Virus record (IMG/VR): IMGVR_UViG_3300033144_006256
Span: 1 to 64,000 of that record
DNA length: 64,000 nucleotides
Reading direction: 5' to 3' (one strand)
Source: a virus
A program made the position numbers and the translations under genes. Below, one piece after another: positions 1 to 10,800 of this stretch. The notes beneath the pieces are model-generated. The model had not been told where the DNA came from. It did not search any database and worked only from the letters and a program-made list of their open reading frames with translations. How positions within the stretch are numbered: position 1 is the stretch's first letter; each line of letters opens with the position of its first letter.

Positions 1-40
1 TTATTTTTAAAGTTACTGACATTGAATAGAGGCTTGGTGA

Positions 41-427
41 ATGATAACTGATTACACAAATAAAGGAACAGTAAAACCCCCCTTAGGATTATTGCCTCGT
101 TCCGACCATCCACATCGTAAAGGCTTAGTCGGTCAGTGGATAATGAACGAGGGATCTGGGCTGTTCCTAAATGATATGAGTGGGAATGGGAATGCTGGAA
201 CTGTTGTTGGTGCTGGTTGGGGTATTGGTGGAGTAGATTGTACTGGAGGGGGAATTGATTATAGTGCTTTACCTACTGCTTTATCATCCCCGTATTCATT
301 GGTTTTTACTTTTAAAGCACCAGGTACTGCATCTGGGCAATACATTTTTGATTGTGATAATGGACCTTTATTTATATACCCAGAAAGTAGCCTAATATAT
401 ATGGCACAGATACAATGGTATATATAG
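41..427 (+). CDS. N-terminal half of a LamG/concanavalin A-like domain; the domain continues in a different frame in the next ORF
   Basis: GLVGQWIMNEGSG..LNDMSGNGNAGT is the typical start of phage LamG-like domains. The matching end (YIDG...FYNRALTHQEIQSLY) opens ORF 415. Confidence 0.6.
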   Translation: MITDYTNKGTVKPPLGLLPRSDHPHRKGLVGQWIMNEGSGLFLNDMSGNGNAGTVVGAGWGIGGVDCTGGGIDYSALPTALSSPYSLVFTFKAPGTASGQYIFDCDNGPLFIYPESSLIYMAQIQWYI

Positions 428-3234
428 ATGGTATATTAGATATTACATATTCTGCGTATGTGTTGCCTTCTATTTCATTAGCTTTCTATTTAGCATATAG
501 AGATGATGCTGCTCATAGTTTAGATGGTATATTTATTAACTCAGCATTCTACAACCGAGCCCTAACCCACCAAGAAATACAATCACTATACATAGAACCC
601 TACGCCGCTTGGGAGAAGCCGAGAAAGTATTTTTTTGTGGGAGAAGCAACTACTTCTACAAGCACAACTATTTCAACAACAAGCACTTCCAGCAGTTCAA
701 CGTCTATATCCACATCTTCAACATCAGTTTCTACAAGCAGTTCATCAACAAGTATTTCTACTTCATCTACTAGTATATCAACATCAAGTTCATCTACATC
801 CATTTCAACATCTTCTACTTCAACTTCTATTTCTACAAGTTCAACATCTATATCTACATCAAGTAGTAGCACATCAATTTCAACGTCAACATCTTCTTCA
901 TCTACATCAATATCTACATCCTCTTCATCTACAAGCAGCAGTTCCATTTCAACCAGTACTTCTAGTAGTAGCACATCAATTTCTACTAGTTCCACAAGTA
1001 TTTCTACATCAAGTTCTAGTATATCAACTTCTTCCAGTTCAACTTCTATCAGTACATCTTCCAGTAGCATTTCAACTTCAAGCAGTTCAACTTCATCAAG
1101 TAGTACTTCCACAAGTTCCAGTTCAACATCTGTTTCAACATCATCATCAATAAGTACAAGTTCTTCTACTACATCAGTTTCAACATCATCATCTTCTACT
1201 TCTACAACTACAATACTAGTAGGTAATATAATAAGTACAGATATTCTTACAGATAAATTTTATAAACATAGTGGGTTTTCATCAACTATTTTAGATAGTT
1301 TCGCATCACAAGATGCTGGACGTGGGGTTGCAATTGATAATGATTATTTTTATGGTGCTGTAAGTGGCATAAAAATAATTTATAAGTTTTCTGGCTTTTC
1401 TTCAACAATTTTAGATAGTTTCAATTGGATCACTGGGAACGGACCCAGAGGGATGACAGTTCTTGATAAAAATATATATATTACAAATGGGGTATCAGAC
1501 GTTTATAAGTTTTCTGGATTTTCATCAACAGTTTTAGATAGTATAACAGGGCTTACTTCATTCACAACTGGGGTTACTATTGATAGAGATTTTCTTTATA
1601 CAGAGAACACTAATAAAATCTATAAACACAGTGGATTTTCAGCTACAATATTAGATAGTTTTTCTTCAAGTAATTCTGTTAGTGATATAACAAAAAATAA
1701 CAATTATTTCTATAGTTCTGATCTTACTGCAGATAAAATTTACAAATATAGTGGGTTCTCTCCAACAATTTTAGATAGTTTTTCTACGCCAGCCACTTCG
1801 CCATCTGGTATCACACAAGACGACTATGATGCTCGTGTAGGGACAACTACATCTACAAGTTCAAGTTCAACATCTTCATCTAGTACAAGTATTTCCACGA
1901 CATCAATTTCCACAAGTTCAAGCTCAACAAGCAGCAGTTCAACTAGCATTTCTACTTCATCAACCAGTATATCAACATCCATATCAACAAGTTCAACTAG
2001 TATTTCAACAAGCAGTACATCGATTAGTATATCATCTTCCAGCACCAGTATTTCCACTTCAATTTCTACATCTTCTACAAGTATTTCTACTTCATCAACC
2101 AGTATTTCAACAAGCAGTTCTTCAATATCTACATCTTCTAGCAGTTCATCAACTTCGATTTCCACTAGTTCAACTTCAATTTCCACAAGTTCCAGTTCCA
2201 CTTCCATTTCTACCAGTAGTTCTTCAACTTCAATTTCTACATCTTCAACCAGCATTTCTACATCAAGTAGTAGCACATCAATTTCAACGAGCAGTAGTAG
2301 CACAAGTATTTCAACATCCAGTACTTCTATTTCTACTAGCAGCACGAGCATTTCAACATCAAGTAGTTCCACTTCAATTTCCACTTCTTCAACAAGTACT
2401 TCAACATCAACATCTAGTAGTTCAACTTCCATTTCAACTAGTAGTTCTTCTACTTCAATAACAGGAATAACAACATCTACATCTATTTCTACTTCTAGCA
2501 CCAGTATTTCAACAAGTAGCACATCTATATCCACTTCAACATCATCGTCATCCACAAGCGTTTCTACGAGTTCTACGAGCATTTCAACGAGCAGTAGTAG
2601 CATTTCAATCAGCACTTCCAGTAGTTCCATTTCTACTAGTATTTCTACCAGTTCAACTTCTATATCTACAAGTAGTTCTTCAACTAGCACTAGTATTTCT
2701 ACATCATCATCTTCAACATCCACAAGCACTTCTAGCAGTTCTACATCTATAAGTTTAAGCACTAGTAGTTCGTCAATTTCAACTTCAATCTCAACTAGCA
2801 GTAGTTCAATTTCTACATCAAGCAGTTCTACATCTATAAGCACAAGTTCAACATCACTTTCAACATCTAGTAGTTCAATTTCAACAAGTATTTCCACATC
2901 ATCAACTTCTGTTTCAACAAGTATTTCTACAAGTTCCACAAGTATCAGTACATCTTCTAGCAGCACCAGTATTTCCACATCTTCAACATCAATTTCAACT
3001 TCCACATCCATTTCTACAAGTTCAAGCAGTATTTCCACATCTAGTTCATCCACAAGTATTTCTACGACATCAGTTTCCACTTCCAGCAGTTCCACGTCAG
3101 TTTCATTTATAACAACAACATCAACATCAAGTTCTTCAACATCGCTTTCCACATCTTCAAGCAGTACTTCGCTAACTACAAGTATAACTGTTCAATTTTT
3201 AAGAAGAACATTTCTAGGAACGGAGCATAACTAA
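415..3234 (+). CDS. Ser/Thr-rich mucin-like protein with LamG C-terminal half and a 5-repeat beta-propeller-like domain; putative virion protein
   Basis: Two long S/T/I tracts flank five ~40-aa repeats (KIYKHSGFSSTILDSF). It lies upstream of the neck/tail genes. Confidence 0.7.
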   Translation: MVYIDGILDITYSAYVLPSISLAFYLAYRDDAAHSLDGIFINSAFYNRALTHQEIQSLYIEPYAAWEKPRKYFFVGEATTSTSTTISTTSTSSSSTSISTSSTSVSTSSSSTSISTSSTSISTSSSSTSISTSSTSTSISTSSTSISTSSSSTSISTSTSSSSTSISTSSSSTSSSSISTSTSSSSTSISTSSTSISTSSSSISTSSSSTSISTSSSSISTSSSSTSSSSTSTSSSSTSVSTSSSISTSSSTTSVSTSSSSTSTTTILVGNIISTDILTDKFYKHSGFSSTILDSFASQDAGRGVAIDNDYFYGAVSGIKIIYKFSGFSSTILDSFNWITGNGPRGMTVLDKNIYITNGVSDVYKFSGFSSTVLDSITGLTSFTTGVTIDRDFLYTENTNKIYKHSGFSATILDSFSSSNSVSDITKNNNYFYSSDLTADKIYKYSGFSPTILDSFSTPATSPSGITQDDYDARVGTTTSTSSSSTSSSSTSISTTSISTSSSSTSSSSTSISTSSTSISTSISTSSTSISTSSTSISISSSSTSISTSISTSSTSISTSSTSISTSSSSISTSSSSSSTSISTSSTSISTSSSSTSISTSSSSTSISTSSTSISTSSSSTSISTSSSSTSISTSSTSISTSSTSISTSSSSTSISTSSTSTSTSTSSSSTSISTSSSSTSITGITTSTSISTSSTSISTSSTSISTSTSSSSTSVSTSSTSISTSSSSISISTSSSSISTSISTSSTSISTSSSSTSTSISTSSSSTSTSTSSSSTSISLSTSSSSISTSISTSSSSISTSSSSTSISTSSTSLSTSSSSISTSISTSSTSVSTSISTSSTSISTSSSSTSISTSSTSISTSTSISTSSSSISTSSSSTSISTTSVSTSSSSTSVSFITTTSTSSSSTSLSTSSSSTSLTTSITVQFLRRTFLGTEHN

Positions 3235-3235
3235 T

Positions 3236-4846
3236 ATGGGTAATATACTTTCATCAGATCAAGATGCTAATAAAATTTATAAACATAGTGGGTTTTCATC
3301 TTCAATAATTGATAGTTTTTCAGTAATTGATGTCCGTGGGATAACAGCGGATAATGATTATATATATTCAGCGGATGATGCAAGTAATAAAATAATAAAA
3401 TATTCAGGTTTTTCAAATACAATTTTAGATAGCTTCACATCTCCAACTGCAATTCCTTGGGGAGTTACTGTTGATAATAATTATTTTTATAGTTCTAATT
3501 ATAATAGTCAAGATATTTATAAATTTTCTGGATTTTCTTCAACAATTTTAAATAGTATAAGTCTTACATTCGCTGCTGCAGATATAACAGTTGATAATAC
3601 TTATATATATGCAGCAGACCCTGCTAATGATAACGTATTTAAAAATTCATTATTTTCATCAAATATATTAGATAGCTTTTCTGCCCCAGCTGGGGCGACA
3701 ACTGGCTTAACAAAAGATAATAATTATTTTTATACATCTAACAGTGCTGATGACAAAATTTATAAACATAGTGGATTTTCAAGTACTGTATTAGATAGTT
3801 TTTCATCTCCAAGCAGTGACCCAACTGGATTAACTGTCGCTAACTATTCAGAAAGAGTGACTACAACAACTTCCACATCAACTTCCATTTCCACAAGTTC
3901 ATCATCCACAAGTATTTCTTCATCTACAAGTTCCAGCTCAACTTCTATTTCCACAAGTAGCACGAGTATTTCCACGTCAAGCAGTTCCACAAGTATTTCT
4001 ACATCTACAAGCAGTTCAAGTACTTCGGTTTCAACTTCTAGCAGTTCAACTTCCACAAGTTCCAGTAGTATTTCAACATCTATAAGTACTAGCAGTTCCA
4101 GCACATCAATTTCAACATCTTCAACATCGGTTAGCACATCATCAAGCAGTATTTCCACTAGTTCATCATCAACGAGTATCAGTACAAGCAGTTCCAGTAT
4201 TTCCACTTCCATTTCCACAAGTTCAACTTCGGTTTCCACATCTTCAAGTTCTACATCTATTTCTACTAGCAGTTCCAGTATGTCCACAAGCATTTCCACA
4301 TCATCAACTTCTATTTCAACAAGTTCAAGTTCGGTTTCTACAAGTATTTCAACGAGTAGCACCAGTATTTCCACATCTTCAAGCTCAATTTCAACGAGCA
4401 TATCAACTAGCAGTTCATCAACATCAATCTCAACTTCAAGCAGTAGCACTAGCATTTCATCTTCAACAAGTTCATCATCAATTTCTACAAGTATTTCCAC
4501 CAGTTCTACATCGCTTTCCACATCTTCCAGCTCAATAAGTACCAGTACTTCAACCTCCAGCAGTTCAACTTCCGTTTCCACATCTTCATCATCAATTTCT
4601 ACAAGTATTTCCACTAGCAGTTCTTCAACTTCGGTTTCTACATCGTCCAGTAGCACCAGTATTTCTTCAAGCACGAGCAGTTCGTCCACAAGCATTTCCA
4701 CTTCAAGTTCTTCAACATCGGTTTCAACATCGTCCAGTAGCACTTCAATTTCTAGCTCTACTTCGTCCAGTAGCACAAGTTTAACTACAAGTATAACAAT
4801 ACCATTTGTTAAAGGACGAACATCACTTATATCAGCATTTAGCTAA
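3236..4846 (+). CDS. Beta-propeller-like repeat domain plus Ser/Thr-rich stalk; paralog of its neighbours
   Basis: Same KIYKHSGFSS.ILDSF repeats, a S/T tract of roughly 300 aa, and the shared SLTTSIT C-terminal motif. Confidence 0.7.
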   Translation: MGNILSSDQDANKIYKHSGFSSSIIDSFSVIDVRGITADNDYIYSADDASNKIIKYSGFSNTILDSFTSPTAIPWGVTVDNNYFYSSNYNSQDIYKFSGFSSTILNSISLTFAAADITVDNTYIYAADPANDNVFKNSLFSSNILDSFSAPAGATTGLTKDNNYFYTSNSADDKIYKHSGFSSTVLDSFSSPSSDPTGLTVANYSERVTTTTSTSTSISTSSSSTSISSSTSSSSTSISTSSTSISTSSSSTSISTSTSSSSTSVSTSSSSTSTSSSSISTSISTSSSSTSISTSSTSVSTSSSSISTSSSSTSISTSSSSISTSISTSSTSVSTSSSSTSISTSSSSMSTSISTSSTSISTSSSSVSTSISTSSTSISTSSSSISTSISTSSSSTSISTSSSSTSISSSTSSSSISTSISTSSTSLSTSSSSISTSTSTSSSSTSVSTSSSSISTSISTSSSSTSVSTSSSSTSISSSTSSSSTSISTSSSSTSVSTSSSSTSISSSTSSSSTSLTTSITIPFVKGRTSLISAFS

Positions 4847-4851
4847 AAAAT

Positions 4852-7800
4852 ATGATTAAAGATAAAAAGAAAATATTAGAATTAAAAAATAAACATTCTA
4901 AAAGAATGATGGAAAAACATTCTTTAACTGGTATTGGTATTGGCTATAAAACAACTAATGGAATAAAAACTGATAAACTTAGTATGGTTTTTCTTGTTGA
5001 AAAGAAACTTCCGAAAAATGAAATTCCAAAAGATAAATTATTGCCTCCTACATTAGAAGATGTTGAATGTGATGTTATAGAAACAGGCGAAATTAAAGCA
5101 TTGGCTTATACTGATAAAATACGTCCAGCAGAACCAGGCTATTCTATTGGACATCCAGATATAACAGCAGGGACATTAGGATGCGTTGTATATAAAGATA
5201 TTGGAAGATACATATTAAGTAATAATCACGTAATGGCTCACGAAAATGCAGCTGAAATTGGCGACCCTATATATCAACCAGGTGTATATGATGGCGGAGT
5301 GGCAGATGATACTGTCGCATATTTAGATAGTTTCGTAACGTTAGAAGATAATGCAACAGTTGATGGTGCATTAGCAATTATAACAAACAATGAATTAGTA
5401 ACAAATGTTGGGCAATGGGGTTCAGCTATAACAAGTTATTCTGACCCAGAAGTTGATGATACTGTTTATAAAACTGGAAGAACCACAGAAAATACAACAG
5501 GTACAGTATTATATGAGCATACAGATGTTAATATAAATTATACAGATTTGGGGGTATTACTTATAAAAGATTGTTTTATAACAGATTATATGGCAGATGG
5601 TGGGGATAGTGGTTCAGTAGGGCGATCAAGTGATACAAACGCAGTAGGGCTTTTATTCGCAGGGAGCAGTACACGAACAATATTTAACTATATGTCAAAT
5701 GTTGTTACTGAATTAGGATTTACTTTTACAGAACCATCCCCAAGATATTGGGTAGGGGGTGAAGATGATTGGGATAGTACAGCTGGGAGCAAATGGTCGC
5801 TAACTGATGGCGGAGCTGGCGGGGCTAGCGTTCCAACTTCTGATAATAATGTTTATATAAAATCAGGTGTTTGCACAATTACAGAAGCAGTATCAGCTGG
5901 AACACTAACACATACAGAAGGGACATTAGATACAAATGACCAAACATTAACAGTCACTGGTTCATTTATTACTTCTGGAGCAGAAAATAGAACATTAGAT
6001 TTTGGTTCAAGCACGATAAATTGTGGAAGTTTTACATATTCTGGCTCTGGTTTAACACTTATAGAGGGAACTTCAACAATAATAGTTGCTAATTCAGGAA
6101 ATTTTAATGGGAATGGTGAAACTTATTATGAAGTTCAACTTAATGATGAATTACATACAATAACAGGTGCAAATACTTTTACAACATTAACACGTACAGG
6201 AACAGCTACATTAGATAATAGATTAACATTATCAGCAAATCAAACTATAACTGGAACATTTACTTTAACAAGTAATTCTGTAACTAATCTTATTTTTGTA
6301 AGGTCAAATGAAAGCGGAACACAGCGAACAATAACCGCCGCCACTTTTACAATAAATTATGCTTCTTTTAAAGATATAGTTTGTGCTGGTGCTGGAACTC
6401 CCGCAGTCCCTACTTCCGCACAAAATTTAGGGAATAATAGCGGTATAACATTCCCAACTGCTATAAGATATTGGGTAGGCGGGGCTGGTAATTGGTCAGA
6501 TGGCACAAATCATTGGTCGCTAACTTCTAGCGGTTCAGCTGGGCATACTTCACCTGGTATAACAGATGATACTTATTTTGATAGTAACTCACATAACGAT
6601 GCTTATACAGTAACAGTAGATAAAACTTTTTATTCTAAAGATTTAACATTTGCACAGCCATCATCAGGTGCAGTTACATTCGCTGGGACTGAAACTTTAT
6701 ATATATATGGGGATTTAACATTAGTTGATGGAATGGTATATTCAAGCACTGGAAGTATTTATTTTAAAGCAACAGATGCTGGGCATACAATAACTTTGGC
6801 TGGCAATACTGCTGATAATCCTATTTATTTTGATGGTGTTAGCGGAGAATGGACATTGCAAGATGAATTTAATATTTCAGAAAATACTATAACACTTACT
6901 AATGGTTCTTTTGTTACTAATGACCAAACAGTTACTTGTGATGGTTTTGAGAGTAGTAATAGCAATACAAGAAGTTTAACATTAGGTTCAAGCGAAATAA
7001 CTTGTTCTGGTTTGATTGCTTGGGATATTAATACTATAACAAATTTAACTTTTGATGCTGGAACTTCAACTATTATTTTTACAAGTTATAGTATAATGTT
7101 TTATGGTGGTGGGCTAACATATTATGAAGTACAATTTACTTGTGCATATGCTAGAATTATTATTACTGGTGCAAACACTTTCACTAATTTGATAAAAACA
7201 AATACCGTAGAAGATTCAGGGGCTTCTTTTACAACTACTTTTCGTGGATATGAACGAATAGAGAAATCGTATATTGTAGAAGAATTTGATACATTGAGAT
7301 TATATGGAGACCAAACTATAACTGGTGTGCTTACATTAACTGGTTCTTCAACTGTCCCATTATTAGTTTATTCTAGTTCTAAGGGGACACAACGAACGAT
7401 AACAGCTGCTAATGTATCAGCATCTTATACCGATTTTCAAGATATTTTAGGTGCTGGTGCAGATGATTGGGATTTATCTAGTATAACTGGTGGTTCAGGT
7501 GATTGTGGTGGGAATACTGATATTACTTTTACAACACCAGCTACACAATATTGGTATAAAAATACTGGCGATTGGTCAGATAATACTAAATGGTTTTTAG
7601 CAACAAATGGAGGAGGTGGAGCAGGTAGAGTTCCATTACCACAAGATGATGTAGTTTTTGACGCTAATTCAATGGATACTGATAGCCAGGTTATAACAGT
7701 TGATAGGGGTAGAATTGGCAAAAATATAACTTTTGCGAATATAACTGATAACCCTATATTAGATATTACGTCTTGGGACAGATATGATACTTATTATTTT

Positions 7801-10800
7801 ATTTCAATTTTTGGTTCTTTAACAATGGGGACACTTACATTTGGAGAAACCACAATACATTATTATAGGATGACATTACTTTTTGAAGGTAGGGATAGTT
7901 ATACACTAACAAGTAATGGAGTATCATTTAATTGCCGTATTGGTTTGGATGCCCCTAGTGGAACATTAACATTACAAGATAATTTATTATCAACTGCAAG
8001 AGAAACAGTTGATAATAATACATTAGGCGGACTATTTATAGCGAATGGGACATTTAATGCTAATAATTATAATTTAAATATAGCTGGTATTTGGGTAGAC
8101 GTTGGGGCAGAGAGAACAATAAATATGGGAAGTGGAACTTGGATATTAGATGGGCATAGAGGTTCTTGGACAGCTAATCCATATGATTTAACAATAAATG
8201 CTGATACTTCTTTAATAAAATTAACAAATAATTCTAGTATAGATAAATATTTTTATGGAGATCACCATACTTATTATAATTTATGGAATGTAACAGAAGG
8301 AAGCGGAAAACTTATTTTTACAGATACAAATACTTTTAATGATATTAAAATAGATGCTGGTAGAGAAACACAATTTACGGGTGATACTACACAAACAGTA
8401 ACAACTTTTACAGCTAATGGTTCAGAAGGAAATTTAATCACACTTACAAGTTATGATGATATTGCCTATACACTTACAAAAGCTGGTGGTGGAACGATAG
8501 AATGTGATTATATAGATGTTAGTAAATGCACAGCAATGCCAGAAGATACTTGGTATGCTGGGGTAAATTCAGTAGATAGCGGGGATAATACTGGTTGGGA
8601 TTTTGCAACTACATCTACAAGTTCAACCTCTACAAGTTCATCAAGTACATCAGTTTCTACTTCATCATCTTCTACTTCTACAACTACAATACTAGTAGGT
8701 AATATAATAGGTTGTGATAGTAATAATGATAAATTTTATAAACATAACGGTTTTTCTGCTGGTATCTTAGATAGTTTTTCATCACCATCAACTGCCCCAA
8801 AAGGATTAACACACGATGGGTCTTATTTTTATAGTATAGATAGTGATTCAGATAAAGTTTATAAACATTCAGGTTTTTCAAACACAATATTAGATAGCTT
8901 TGCAACTGGGATAAATAATCCTGACGGGATAACTGTTGATGATAATTATTTTTATGTAAGTGATAATAATTTTGAAAATACAAAACATTATAAATTCTCA
9001 GGATTTTCTGCAACTATTTTAGATAGTTTTTCAACTGATGGGATAGAAGCAAAAGGGATTACAATTGATTTTTATTATTTTTACTATTCAGTGGCATATT
9101 CACCTTTAACTGGTATAAATTTATATAAAAGTTCTGCATTTGGTGGGACTGTACTTGATAGTTTTAATCACGGCAGTTATACAATAAATGGTATCACTGC
9201 AATAAATACAAATTTATGTATAACAGATAGTGGGAATAAGATTTATAAATTTTCTGGATTTTCTACTACAGTATTAGATAGTTTCGTAACAACTAATGAA
9301 CAATACTTAGCTTATGATGATTATGATGCAAGAATGGAAACAACAACTTCAACATCTACTAGTTCCACATCAATATCTACAACATCTATTTCCACGTCAT
9401 CTACAAGCACAACAGAAATAACAACATCTACATCAATTTCCACTTCATCTACAAGTATTTCAACAACCACTATTTTACAAGGGGATATAATTAGTAGTGA
9501 TTATAATACTGACAAAATTTATAAACATTCAGGATTTTCATCAACTATTTTAGATAGTTTTGCTTCTCCTTCAACATATCCACGTGAGATTACTATTGAT
9601 AATAATCATTTGTATAGTTTAGATGATGACACTAATAAAATTTATAAACATTCAGGATTTTCTCCAACTATTATAGATAGTATAAATATACCATCAAATA
9701 ACCCAAGAGGTATTACTGTCGATAATAAATATTTGTATAGTTCTAAATGGAATTCTCCTAAATTTTACAAACATAGTGGATTTTCAAGCACTATTTTAGA
9801 TAGTTTTGCATCGCCATCAACTCCTGTCCCAAGCGGGCTTACTATTGATAATAATTATTTATATAGTTCAGATAATAACACTGATAAATTCTATAAATAT
9901 TCTGGGTTTTCATCAACTATTTTAGATAGTTTTGCATCGCCATCAACTAGCCCACTTGGGTTAACTATTGATGATAATTATCTGTATAGTTCAGATAGTG
10001 CTTCAGATAAAATTTATAAACATTCAGGTTTCTCTTTAACAGTTTTAGATAGTTTTAATTCGCCTGATAGCAATCCAATCGGGCTTACCCAAGATAATTA
10101 TGATGCTCGGATAGAACCAACCACATCAACATCTACAAGTAGCAGTTCAACTTCTGTTTCAACTTCTTCTACCAGCATTTCAACATCCAGTAGCTCTGTT
10201 TCCATTTCAACTAGCACATCTAGCAGTTCAACATCAATTTCTACGAGTTCATCAAGCACATCAATTTCTACATCTTCCACATCGCTTTCAACTTCCAGTT
10301 CCAGTATTTCAACATCCATATCCACATCATCAACTTCGCTTTCTACATCAACTTCCAGTAGCAGTACTTCGCTTTCCACATCTTCATCATCTACAAGCAC
10401 AACAGAAATAACAACATCAACAAGTATTTCTACATCAAGCACATCCACTTCCAGCAGTTCCATTTCATTTTCTACATCTACATCTTCATCATCAATCTCA
10501 ACATCAATCAGTACTTCGTCCACAAGTATTTCAACATCTAGCAGTAGCACAAGCATTTCAACAAGTACATCATCTACAAGTATTTCTACTTCTTCCAGTA
10601 GCACAAGCGTTTCAACAAGTATTTCTACAAGTTCAAGTTCGGTTTCAACTTCAATTAGTATTTCAACATCTTCAACTTCGCTTTCATCTTCTACAAGCAG
10701 TAGTTCCACATCTATTTCAATAACATCCACATCATCATCATCAACAAGTTTAACTACAAGTATAACATTGTATTTCAGAGGGTACACTATATTAAATAGC

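Noticed and set aside
600-10787. Long minus-strand V/E/L/D-rich ORFs (600-1112, 1824-3152, 3844-4776, 10098-10787) and the Q/L/H-rich ORF 635-1153
   Set aside because: Shadows of the Ser/Thr codon tracts; they start and stop with the tracts and have no RBS or domain features.
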